Shown here piece by piece: positions 42,040-52,155 of a stretch of DNA of 64,000 bases. Made by a program: the position numbers and the translations under genes. The number at the start of each line of letters is the position of its first letter. The first letter of the stretch is position 1. Origin of the DNA: Trichomonas gallinae (Eukaryota); NCBI GenBank assembly GCA_008369845.1, contig MRSU01002291.1, positions 1-64,000 of the forward strand, in the 5' to 3' direction. The notes under the pieces are model-generated. The model was not told the origin of the DNA. It made no database searches and worked only from the letters and a program-made list of their open reading frames with translations.

Positions 42040-44427
42040 ATGGAGGGTGAAGGAGAAAAAGAAGTCTTCCTTACAAACCCGGGGGATAACGTGAAGGCCG
42101 CTGCTGAAGGTGGCAATGAACAAACTGGTACAAATAACGACCCTAAAGATACTGAAAACGACGAACAAGAAAATAACGAGAATCGCAAAAACGCTAAAGA
42201 CGAAGAAACACAATCAGTCAAGCAAACAGTAATCGTAGAGCCAGTGAATGCACTATTCAGCCAGCCCACAAAGAAAAATACATCATCTAAAACTCAATCG
42301 ACCGGTAATTCTGCCAGGAGCCAGGACAACAAGACATACACACAGACAGCTCAGGGAGAGATAAGTATTATGAACTTTGAAGAAGAATGCGGTGATGATA
42401 TTCCAAACTTTACAGAAGAAGCAACAATCGCCTCCATGTCAAAGCTAGCTATCGAACCAAAGCATGTTAAGAAAATTACAGACGCAGATCTCAAAGATTA
42501 CTCACAATTTCCAGATGTCATGGAAAAAGCGCGTTCAGTGCTTGAAAATCGTCGCCAGCACTTGATTCAGTGCGTAAAAGACGAGCGTGAGAGATTCTTT
42601 AAGAAGAAGCAAGAAAAATCTGATAAAGAAAATGAGCCGACTTCTACACGTCGCGAGCAGCTTGCTAAGCAGCAGGAAGAAATTGCTCGTCAAGAATTCA
42701 AACGTATCGAAACTTTACAAAAGCGTGAAATTGTCCAATTAATCGTTTCCGAGCTTGTTCGCGAGCAAACCCTCCAGGAAGAAGCAGAGCTCCAGACAAG
42801 AAGAGAGCAGCGCGCTGCAGAGATAGAAGAAGAAAATCGCAAGAAGAACGAGGCTGATGCAGAAAAACGCAGACAGAAAGAGAACCAGCTCTTGCAAAAG
42901 ATCCAAGAAAGAGAAGCAAAGCTTCTTGAGCTCAAGCGCCAGCAGGAAGAAGAGTTCGCACGCAACCAACGCATGATACACGAGAAGAAGGAGAAGCAGA
43001 TGCGTGCTTTAGCAGAAGCAGAAAGACAGCGTCAATTGCGCGCCATTCATCAAAGAGAGCAGCTCGAGAAAAAGTACGAAGAAGAACGCCAGAAGGTTAT
43101 CGAGAGGCAGCGTGAGCAAGTCAAGCGCGAGCTCTACCTCGAACAGAAGCGCAAAGAGCAGCTCCAGCAGATTAAAGACAGAAATGCCGCAGCTTTTAAT
43201 GCTCAGCGCCAGAGATTCGAGGCCTCGCTCAAAGCACAGCAGGAGCAGTTCGAAAAGAAGTGCAAGGAGATGGAGCGCAAGGACCAGGAGAGTGTCCAGA
43301 GAGTCGAGAAGACGAGGCAGGCTTTGCAAGAAAGATCAGCGCAGAGCCGCGCAAGATCTCAGATGCTTGTTTCAAGGCATCTCGCTGCAGCTGAGAAAGT
43401 TCAGCAAGCTCGCAGCCAGAGGATAGAGAAACTTGTCCACATCGACAACAAGGCCGAAGAGAGAAGAAACGCAATCCTCCAGAAGAAGCTCGACAAGATA
43501 AAGAACATGAGAATTATCGAGAAAGAGAAAGCAGAGAAAATCGCAGCACAAAACGCAGAAAGAGAAGAAAAGGAGAGGCAGCGCACAGAGAAGATCATGG
43601 AGGCCTGGGAGAACGACCAGAAGAGAGTCGAAGAAGCCAAGGAGATGCACGAGGAGCACATCAGACAACAGGCAGCACTCAGAAAGCTCAAAGACAGAAT
43701 CAGAGACGAGAACGCTGAAAGACTCGCTCAGGCAAAAATCAACCAGAACATGGAGATGGAGGACCTCAACAAGTTCAGGCAGGAGAGAGCAGATATATAT
43801 ATGCAGCAGATCAGAGACACCGCGGACCGCAGGAAGAGAGCTGCTACAATTCTTGAGCTCAAGAAGGAGACAGTTCGCCAAGAGTTCGCAGACATGATGA
43901 GGAAGGGAGGAAAGATCGATGTCGATGGACTCGCGAAGAGATTTGATATCGACATAGAAGACCTCAGGAAGAAAGTCGCTGATTCGAAGGCAAAGAGGAT
44001 GCCAAGGCCAGACAATGGTACAATAGAATATACAGGTGGCGGAAACTCAACGCGTAGCGCTTCATCAACAAGCAAACCGTCGCCAAACAAAGTTTCGCCA
44101 AAGATGTCAGAAGTTATCAAAGATAAAGTTGATGATGCAACAAACAACAATGCGGATGATAATGATGCTCCAAAGTTGTCAGTAGTCATCAAGGATAAAG
44201 TTGACGATGAGTTAGACAACAATGATAATGATAAGACAAAATTGGAAGAAAATCCATTAGACAAGCTTGAGAAGCCACCAGAAAATGCTGAGAAAAAGGA
44301 GCAACCTCCACAGGAAACAGGCAGTACGCCCGATAGCAAATCTCCTAGCAACCAAGTCTCCCCAACCAATTCACGATTGTCTATTATTGTTACGAACCAA
44401 TTAGAAAAACCAAAAGTTTCTAAATAA
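42040..44427 (+). CDS. Long charged coiled-coil (trichohyalin-like) protein
   Basis: 795 aa, E/R/K/Q-rich; duplicated PK(M/L)S(E/V)VIKDKVDD motif at about 44098 and 44170. Confidence 0.8.
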   Translation: MEGEGEKEVFLTNPGDNVKAAAEGGNEQTGTNNDPKDTENDEQENNENRKNAKDEETQSVKQTVIVEPVNALFSQPTKKNTSSKTQSTGNSARSQDNKTYTQTAQGEISIMNFEEECGDDIPNFTEEATIASMSKLAIEPKHVKKITDADLKDYSQFPDVMEKARSVLENRRQHLIQCVKDERERFFKKKQEKSDKENEPTSTRREQLAKQQEEIARQEFKRIETLQKREIVQLIVSELVREQTLQEEAELQTRREQRAAEIEEENRKKNEADAEKRRQKENQLLQKIQEREAKLLELKRQQEEEFARNQRMIHEKKEKQMRALAEAERQRQLRAIHQREQLEKKYEEERQKVIERQREQVKRELYLEQKRKEQLQQIKDRNAAAFNAQRQRFEASLKAQQEQFEKKCKEMERKDQESVQRVEKTRQALQERSAQSRARSQMLVSRHLAAAEKVQQARSQRIEKLVHIDNKAEERRNAILQKKLDKIKNMRIIEKEKAEKIAAQNAEREEKERQRTEKIMEAWENDQKRVEEAKEMHEEHIRQQAALRKLKDRIRDENAERLAQAKINQNMEMEDLNKFRQERADIYMQQIRDTADRRKRAATILELKKETVRQEFADMMRKGGKIDVDGLAKRFDIDIEDLRKKVADSKAKRMPRPDNGTIEYTGGGNSTRSASSTSKPSPNKVSPKMSEVIKDKVDDATNNNADDNDAPKLSVVIKDKVDDELDNNDNDKTKLEENPLDKLEKPPENAEKKEQPPQETGSTPDSKSPSNQVSPTNSRLSIIVTNQLEKPKVSK

Positions 44428-44713
44428 TTTTGTTCACCATTCATTGATGTAAAAATAATGTTGTATATGATTTAATTATCCATTTTTTACAATAAAAGAA
44501 TTAACACACTTAAGTAATCTGCTGTTTAATTGAGTGATCATTTATATGAAGCAACTATTAATGCTGTTTTGCTGGTATTATTTTTTAAAATCTTCAAGTT
44601 ATTGTTATATGTTTTAAAAACCAATTAATCTTAGATAGATATATTAATATATCAATATATAGACATCTATAGACATTATTTCAATAGATATCAGTATAAG
44701 GTTAATTTAGAAA

Positions 44714-45448
44714 TCAAATAATCAATGAAACTTGGTATACTAATTGACACGTGTGATAAGTTAAATATGGCGGGCAATTGTTTGAAGCTATAGGAACTGG
44801 ATTAAAATGAATTATTGACTCAGTGTATTTCGAAGAATAAAGAATTGATTGTAAATTAAATTTATTGTAATTGCGTCTGTTTTGAATTTCGACATATTCA
44901 AGAGATGTGCATTGAGCGAATGTCGCTATTTCTATCTGTTGCACACTTGGTGGAAATCTAATGTATTTAATCATATTTCCGTTCCCAAATGCTGAACGTG
45001 CTATTATTTCAACGAAATCAGGAACAATAACATACTCCTCACCATGGTGACCTGGCCAATAATACAATGTCTTCTTATCTTTAGAGTAAACGACTCCATC
45101 AATGTCGCAATAGTTTTGATTATCAGGATGAACGTATATTCTAATGAATGGATCACCGTCATCGAAACTCTGCCATGGTGATAATAACGTTACTGACTTA
45201 GGAACTGTAAAATACTGCACATGAGTTCTAGAGAAAGCACCATCGACAATCTTTTTTAAGTTATCATCAAATGTGACATTTTTCAAGCTAGTAAAATTAG
45301 AAAAACAAGAGATCCCTGTACTATCAAAGCCATTTAAAGTTAGTTTTACTGCGTCGAAATGTGAATCATAACCAGTAAAGGTACCTATGCCTACAAATAT
45401 ATATGAGTATGGCTCAGATGTTTCTATTACACTAGTTACACCGATTCT
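44714..45448 (-). pseudogene. BspA-like (TpLRR/LRR_5) surface protein lacking a 5' ATG; probable pseudogene
   Basis: SCFSNFTSLKNVTF, CDIDGVVYSKDKKTLYYWP, IEIATFAQCTSLEYV. The frame is open from 45448 with no ATG before the LRRs and has an in-frame TAA at 45451-45449. Confidence 0.6.
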
Positions 45449-45482
45449 TTAAAAATATTTTTATCACAAACAAAATTTTTTG

Positions 45483-45529
45483 AAAAATGACACTTTTCTT
45501 GATGCAAAAATGAGAAAAGTGTCATTTTT
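45483..45529. repeat. Perfect 17-bp inverted repeat containing an Inr-like motif
   Basis: AAAAATGACACTTTTCT (45483-45499), 13-nt spacer, AGAAAAGTGTCATTTTT (45513-45529). Confidence 0.85.
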
Positions 45530-46206
45530 TTTATGGATAATCATCATTCAGCAAAAATATTTCATGATATTACAATACAGAATACATTGCTGAAATAATA
45601 TAGTTCAGCATATAAATTAATATAATGTTAAAGAATTAAACAAAATTAGTTATGTAATAGAAAATAAATTGAGATTCAATTTTGATATCGTTGTATTTAA
45701 TGCTACATCATTGCATAGAGATTTAATCAATGAGGCATAAATATGCCATTAGTTAAATATGTTAAATATCGATTTTATATTTTTTATATTCAATAGAATT
45801 TGATCAAAAACAATATTTGTTTGCGTAGTTAAATTGTTATATGTATTTTATATTAATAGATTAAGTTATACATTGAACATGTTCAAAAAAATATTTAGAA
45901 AATTTATTTTTATGGTTTTTGATAACTTTTCTTGCCTGAGCAAGTTAAAAGCATCCAGATTAATGGATTGGCAAGCATGAAATAGAAAATTATTTAAATA
46001 TTTTTTTTTTTTTTTTGCTTTGATGAGATTGTTAGTTTGGAATTACATATATATTTTGTCCTCAATGCATATTTTTAAAAGAAATGCTTCGATCAAAAAT
46101 AATTTTTACTTTTCCAATATCTTCGTTTTAATCGCTGAAAATTTAGTATTTTACGAATATACAAGTCTTGAACTGATCCATCCATGAAAGAAAAATTCAT
46201 TTCGTT

Positions 46207-48735
46207 ATGAAGTTTTTGGATTATTTTGGGCTCGGAAATTCTTCATTCGAATTTAGCATAAATGACACATCAAAAGATGCCGAATTCACGACGTTCACGC
46301 ATCCTTTAGTATCCGGCATCTATTTAAAGAAGTTAAAAATATTAGTTTTATATTATTCACGAGCTTCCACGCTAAAATCAACAGCAGCAGTTTCTTTTAA
46401 GGCAGTTATCACTACACCAAATCAATCATTTAAATTAATCCTTCAATTCTCGATTGACCAAGAATTTGTTGCTATTCCTAACATTGATTTGCCAGTTAAG
46501 CTCCACATTTCTACAAGCACGAAGATATTCTCCAAGAAAACAGTGCCGTATCCAGGTATTTATAATCTTGGATTAACTTGTTATATTAATTCCTCAATTC
46601 AGTTTCTTAACAGCGCTTTTCCTATACGGCAGCTTATGCTTGAACAAAATCCGAATACTGGATCACTCAGCGATGAATTACAGAAAATATTTCTCGAAAT
46701 GAATTCTCAATCTGATCCAATTTCTCTCCGTTCGTTCGTTAAAGCACTCGGTGGCAATATTTTCAACGTAATCGCAATGGAACAAGATGCTCACGAGTTT
46801 ATTACAAGTCTTATCGATAAATTAGACACTGAACTCGGAAAAGAGTTCGTTAAGTCAAGAGAAGAAGCATGCGGAATTGTAGAAAGTAGAGTGTTAGAAT
46901 GCCCAGCAGCAAAGATCAAAAATGAAGTCACAGAGACATCAAATGAAATTCAAGTCACAGTTCAAGGATTTTCTTCACTTGAAGAGAGCCTCAGATATGC
47001 AACAGCCACAGAGATGCTTGTTGGTGCTAACAAATGGGATGCAGGTGAAGGATTCGGCAAACAAGACGCGAAAAGATATACAAGATTCAAAAAACTGCCA
47101 AAATTCTTGATTTTCCACTTAGTAAGGTTTGCTTACAACAGGAACACACAAAGGGTTGAAGAAGTTCGCAGCCAATTCGATTGTCCGGACAAAATCGATA
47201 TGAAAGAATTTTGCCTTCCAGAAGTGGAGCTGACAAACTACACACTAATGTCAATTGTCGCTCACAGAGGAAATCTGATGACTGGCCACTACGTTGCTTA
47301 CACTCAGCCAAATTGCGATGGAAATTGGTTTTTGTTTAACGATTCCGCGGTCTCAGCTGTCTCACAGGCAGAAGTTAAAGCAACATTTTCAGATCAGTCG
47401 TCAATATACTCAAGTATGCTTTCACATATCGGAAGAAAAGATTTCCTCGCTTACATTGTTGGATATATAAGGGATGACCAGCTCAAGAGGAGAATTAGAG
47501 CTCCATCGAGGATCTGCCATTTGATTTCTAATTCACTGTCAGCAAGATTAGTGACAGAAAAAGTTCTTACGGCTGATGTATACAATTCAGGAGAATTAGA
47601 AACAGTCTCCAAGAACGAAACAATCAAAGAAATATTCTCGAAGGAAGAAAATGTTTTCTATTTCATGAATCTTCCGGGAATGAACAACTTAATCGGTCCA
47701 ATCGATGAAAACACAAAAGCTGGGGCCTTTTTGATTCCAAAAACGCCGTGCAGCTTATTCGTTCTACCAAAGAAATACGGAAAAAAGCCAGTTTTCATTC
47801 TCGACGGCGAAAACGTTAAAATAATAAGCTCCGAAGACCTATTTAGAGAATACAAGGACTCAAGCATTTTCTGCAAGCACATACAAGTTTTCAAACCAGA
47901 TGATATAGAAGCAGGCTCAATTATTTCTTTGCTGCCAAATATTGTCAAATTAACAATTGACGAGAAACAGTTTGAAGTCGAAAGAAATGCCACATATTCT
48001 GACATACAGAAATTAATCAACTCAGAGTCGCCAGAAAGAGTCGTCTTCACAACAAGAACAAAAATTTTACTGCCTATGTATTACAAACATGCAGAAGATT
48101 TTAGGAATGAAGTTGATATCACTTCAAGTCTTCTCCAAAAGGGATCAACACTTTCACAGATTGAGTTTTTCCAGAGAATCAAGCTGTATTATTTCGACAC
48201 AAAGAAGAAAGAGCAACAGTTGACTATTTGGCCATTGAAGGGCTGCACAGTTTATGATGTTACGAAATACATCAAAGAAATAATGCAGATAAAGAGCGGC
48301 GAACTTGTTCTTTCTCCATTCAGCAATGTTGAAATTTCAAAGATTTTGGCACCGTTCTCGTTTCTTCGTGATTTCACGCTCAGAGCCGATCTTGTTGAGA
48401 TGATGCCGTCGTTATCAATATCATCATGTTACCAGCAGATGAACGATAAGCGCGCAATCATAGAAGTCAGACATGCGAATGGTGTCGGAGCTTTCAGGAA
48501 CTACATGACACTGGGATTCCGCAGGATCACATCTAAAATGTCTGCTCAACAACTCGCTGATGAACTCGGCATAAAGAATCCAACAGAATTCATCGTGAGA
48601 AGCGCCAGAGATTTTAGGATCAGAAAAGAGTTTGCTTCGACAATGAAATTCGGAAAACTTTTCGGTGATGTCATTTCAGGAATGTTTGAAGATCGCCCAG
48701 TTATTATTATATGCACAGAAGCAGAAAAAGAATAA
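46207..48735 (+). CDS. Ubiquitin-specific protease (peptidase C19, USP7-like)
   Basis: Cys box GIYNLGLTCYINS, EQDAHEF, His box HRGNLMTGHYVAY, WFLFNDS. Confidence 0.9.
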   Translation: MKFLDYFGLGNSSFEFSINDTSKDAEFTTFTHPLVSGIYLKKLKILVLYYSRASTLKSTAAVSFKAVITTPNQSFKLILQFSIDQEFVAIPNIDLPVKLHISTSTKIFSKKTVPYPGIYNLGLTCYINSSIQFLNSAFPIRQLMLEQNPNTGSLSDELQKIFLEMNSQSDPISLRSFVKALGGNIFNVIAMEQDAHEFITSLIDKLDTELGKEFVKSREEACGIVESRVLECPAAKIKNEVTETSNEIQVTVQGFSSLEESLRYATATEMLVGANKWDAGEGFGKQDAKRYTRFKKLPKFLIFHLVRFAYNRNTQRVEEVRSQFDCPDKIDMKEFCLPEVELTNYTLMSIVAHRGNLMTGHYVAYTQPNCDGNWFLFNDSAVSAVSQAEVKATFSDQSSIYSSMLSHIGRKDFLAYIVGYIRDDQLKRRIRAPSRICHLISNSLSARLVTEKVLTADVYNSGELETVSKNETIKEIFSKEENVFYFMNLPGMNNLIGPIDENTKAGAFLIPKTPCSLFVLPKKYGKKPVFILDGENVKIISSEDLFREYKDSSIFCKHIQVFKPDDIEAGSIISLLPNIVKLTIDEKQFEVERNATYSDIQKLINSESPERVVFTTRTKILLPMYYKHAEDFRNEVDITSSLLQKGSTLSQIEFFQRIKLYYFDTKKKEQQLTIWPLKGCTVYDVTKYIKEIMQIKSGELVLSPFSNVEISKILAPFSFLRDFTLRADLVEMMPSLSISSCYQQMNDKRAIIEVRHANGVGAFRNYMTLGFRRITSKMSAQQLADELGIKNPTEFIVRSARDFRIRKEFASTMKFGKLFGDVISGMFEDRPVIIICTEAEKE

Positions 48736-49117
48736 ATATTGTTTGATTTTAATTTTTTATCAATTCATATTTTTCAAATTGGAAACGTTTTGCATTGTTT
48801 GAGATTAATTTTTTTTATTGCATCATATGTTTTGCAGTCTAAATATATGATAATATATGCAACTGTTGCTCAGCTACATTTATGTATAATGGATAGATGA
48901 AATACTAAGTAATGATTATTTATTGATGCAAAAAAATATTTGTAGTTATCATCAAATGTTCATCTTCTATTTTATGATTTACTAACATTTCTATTCCAAG
49001 ATTCTGTATTTTGGAGTCATGAAAACATATGTTTTGTGATGGTTTTCAAACTCATTGATTTGTTCAAAATCAAAATCTATTCGTATTGAAATTTGATGCA
49101 TGCCAAATATTTAACAA

Positions 49118-49654
49118 ATGATTATCCAGGTGAGAACATTGGATGGAAACGTTCTGTGGATGGATTGTTCCAAAGAATGGAAAGTAAAAGATCTGAGGGA
49201 ACAGATTTCGAAGAAATGGCCAAGTGATTCGAATTTCGAATTGTTTTCGAAACAAATCAAACTTGTAAACGATGCGCTAATAAAGAATCTAACAGATAGA
49301 GGCGAGAATGTCTTCATTCTGGTTAATAACGAATGTTTTTCTAGAGTAGAGACTAAAAAACCAGATCAAATCGATAATATATCAAAATCTGATGAATGCA
49401 ACTATATTATTAATAGGTTTATTGTTCTCTGCAGCACATCAGAATACATAGATAAAGTTATTGATTACACAGAAAAATTTGATGAAGACTTACTTATTCC
49501 AATTATTAAAGAAATCTTAAAGAAACTTAGAAGACATTTTATATCTGCTGATGAAGCACCAGCAGAGTTCATATCTCAAATAGAATTAAATTTGGATGAA
49601 CAAAATTCAGAAAATTCAGATACAGAATGTTTCGTATTTGATAACAGCTTATAA
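49118..49654 (+). CDS. Protein with N-terminal ubiquitin-like domain
   Basis: MIIQVRTLDG...WKVKDLREQI resembles a Ubl fold. Confidence 0.6.
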   Translation: MIIQVRTLDGNVLWMDCSKEWKVKDLREQISKKWPSDSNFELFSKQIKLVNDALIKNLTDRGENVFILVNNECFSRVETKKPDQIDNISKSDECNYIINRFIVLCSTSEYIDKVIDYTEKFDEDLLIPIIKEILKKLRRHFISADEAPAEFISQIELNLDEQNSENSDTECFVFDNSL

Positions 49655-49802
49655 ATAAACCATTCATTCTCAAAAATAAACTAGATTATTATAAAATTTG
49701 AAATTCGATTTCAAGAAATAGGAAATAGTTATTGGGTACATTATATTTCCCAAAATCACAGTCCATTAATATGAATATTATAATATTTGCGAAAAAATAA
49801 CT

Positions 49803-49945
49803 AAAAAAAGGTGATTTGATTGGTCTACACTTATAATTAAGTATAGAACCCTATGAAAGACGGTCATTGTTCCGCTTTCATATATCAGCCCGAATTGTCA
49901 TTCGGCCGATTATTGGGTCAAACCCAAATCACTTAAGGAAGTGAT
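49803..49945 (-). ncRNA. Candidate structured non-coding RNA, unidentified family
   Basis: Five adjacent hairpins, an 8-bp end-to-end stem, G-U pairs on the minus strand and a T7 run at the 3' end (see findings). Confidence 0.4.
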
Positions 49946-49977
49946 ACTATGCATTTGCAGCATTTAAAACAATTTAT

Positions 49978-50292
49978 TTACCAGGTTGGCTCGGCATGCT
50001 TCTTCTTCTTCTCGACAGTCCATTCGAACTTACGGAGACGGCCAAGGCAGTACATTGTAGCCTTCTTGCAGGACTGGCAAGTGAAGCGGAGGGAAATCTT
50101 CTTAGATGTCTTCTTGGAACGACGAAGAATTGGCTTAACACGACCACCAAAACCTTTTTGCTTACGATCGTAGCGACGGCGACCAAGGGCGCTGTGGCGC
50201 TCCTCACCACGTGAGGCCTGAGAGACCTTGCACATCGTGTGCTTCTTGCAGAACTTGCAGAAAAATTTCTTTGTCTTTGGGTGGTGAACCAT
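49978..50292 (-). CDS. RPL36A: 60S ribosomal protein eL42 (L36a/L44)
   Basis: MVHHPKTKKFFCKFCKKHT...GRRRYDRKQKGFGG...KKISLRFTCQSCK. Confidence 0.95.
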   Translation of the reverse strand: MVHHPKTKKFFCKFCKKHTMCKVSQASRGEERHSALGRRRYDRKQKGFGGRVKPILRRSKKTSKKISLRFTCQSCKKATMYCLGRLRKFEWTVEKKKKHAEPTW

Positions 50293-50298
50293 GAGAAA

Positions 50299-50328
50299 AA
50301 AGGACGACGATAAAAACCGCAGCGGTTA
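50299..50328 (-). promoter_or_regulatory. M5-like (CCTTT) and M3-like (TGCGGTTT) core promoter elements of eL42
   Basis: Minus strand reads ...aaccgcTGCGGTTTttatcgtcgtCCTTTtttctcATG, matching the M3+M5 architecture described for T. vaginalis ribosomal protein genes. Confidence 0.65.
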
Positions 50329-50864
50329 TCCCCACAAAAATGACTTCACTTGACCATAACCATCTGACACGTAAATTTTTCATCGCCAATTTTTTATTTT
50401 ACATGTCAAAATATATCTGACATGTAAAATATTTTACAAACAAATCAAATCTGGCATGTAAATATTCTTTACAAGCATTTTTTTTATATCTCATTTTTTC
50501 ATCATGAAAACAGTATCCAATCAAGCTAATTAGAGTTATTCTTCATGATTTCATTGCTAATATTAAAGATTTGCTTGATGATATCAAATCTTCGAATAAG
50601 AATGAAAACATAAAAAATTATTCGTTTTATTTATCATGAATTCATTGACCATATAAATGAATGCAAGATTATCCATTAACATAGAATAAAACCTTGGTAT
50701 TGCTATATATTTACCTCTATTTTTGAAATAATTCTTGATTTATCACAGAAATTTCATTGACTGGTTAATGAACCAGAACTCATATACAAAATCAAAAATA
50801 CACATATCGAAATTATACTCATAAAAATAGAATTAAATTTTTGAATAAATTTTTTTGTAAGATT

Positions 50865-51575
50865 TTACGGTTTCTTATGCTTCAATGAATCAAAACTCTT
50901 GGATGGCGTCATACAATGTTTGTAAGCAATCATATCATCATTAAAATTCCAATTGGGATATTTTTTAGAGTCAATATCGGATTTTTTAGGATTTATTTCC
51001 ATAGGCATAGCACTAAACGGCGAATTCGACTGAAAACTCATTTCTTTTGTTTTAGTTCTAATTAATTTCCCTCCATTTACTGGATCAGAGTCTAAATATC
51101 CAAATATAGAAGTATTCATCTCAGATCTTAACTCAGGTGGCAAAAACAACCTAATATCTGTAGAAGGAGGAGGATTTGATGTGGGACGCTTAACAGGTGA
51201 ATGCATTGGGTTATTAGTATTACTATGGTAAGACTCATTGCTATATTTTGTATTGTGCATCATATGAGGTACTTGATTTTGCTGGCAATAATTTTGAGGT
51301 ATATAATTTTGAGCGTAATATTGGCTTTGCTGCTGAGGCGATTGGATATCTGGTCCCTGAGACCTACTTTTATTAGATTTCCAAGTCACAGATCTATCGC
51401 CTTGCAGCAATCTGTCCATAGTACGCTCAAAACTTCCACATTCAGCTAGCATCAGTCGTATAGTCTCCGGGTCAACAGCCGGAAACATCTCGCATAAATT
51501 TTTCAAACTTTCACTTGTTGGAACACTACTATTGCCATACATAGATTTTTCAATATGGCCACTTTTTTTTTGCAT
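50865..51575 (-). CDS. CUE domain protein
   Basis: LKNLCEMFPAVDPETIRLML...TMDRLL (MFP...LL CUE signature). First ATG at 51575. Confidence 0.75.
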   Translation of the reverse strand: MQKKSGHIEKSMYGNSSVPTSESLKNLCEMFPAVDPETIRLMLAECGSFERTMDRLLQGDRSVTWKSNKSRSQGPDIQSPQQQSQYYAQNYIPQNYCQQNQVPHMMHNTKYSNESYHSNTNNPMHSPVKRPTSNPPPSTDIRLFLPPELRSEMNTSIFGYLDSDPVNGGKLIRTKTKEMSFQSNSPFSAMPMEINPKKSDIDSKKYPNWNFNDDMIAYKHCMTPSKSFDSLKHKKP

Positions 51576-52155
51576 AATTTTTTTTAGATAAATCTTAAAG
51601 AGTTTGATTTTTGAATTGCAAATGACTAAATTAGCAATTTTTACAAGTAAAAATTTAAAGAGCAACTAGATTAAAAGTCCAAATTTGAAAATCTCTTTTT
51701 TTCGCAAAAATTCTTTTACCAATGTTATGCATGTCCAATTATGAGTAACTTACCATGTTTTGTATGATATTTTTTGGTATAAAAGTATCTTATTTTGCAC
51801 CATAACTTTTGCTGACCAATTGAGGGCTTTTTGCCAAAGAATTGAGAACTTTTGCTGACCTTCGTCAAAATGCTATCGTCCCGTCGTCAATTTGCCAGAA
51901 TTCAGTTTCGATATCAGGATATGATAATAAATATGTATACAAAAATCCAGGTCAGGATTCCGGATGTGATAAAATTTATATAGATCAATTTTGATGCATG
52001 CATGCAATAAATATGTATGAATGAAAAAAGAAATTAATATTTCAAATTGATTTAGTTCTAATTATTAGGCTAGTCATTGTCGAATAATGACCAGGTGAAA
52101 TTAGAAATGTATCTAGTTTATAATGAAAAAATTTATTTAAACTAAATCCACATTT

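Noticed and set aside
42690..44444. Multiple antisense ORFs inside the coiled-coil gene
   Set aside because: Expected from codon bias in E/K/R/Q-rich coding sequence; no independent motifs.
51804..51860. Direct repeat AACTTTTGCTGACC (51804 and 51847)
   Set aside because: Only two good copies of a short local duplication; not a CRISPR array or transposon end.
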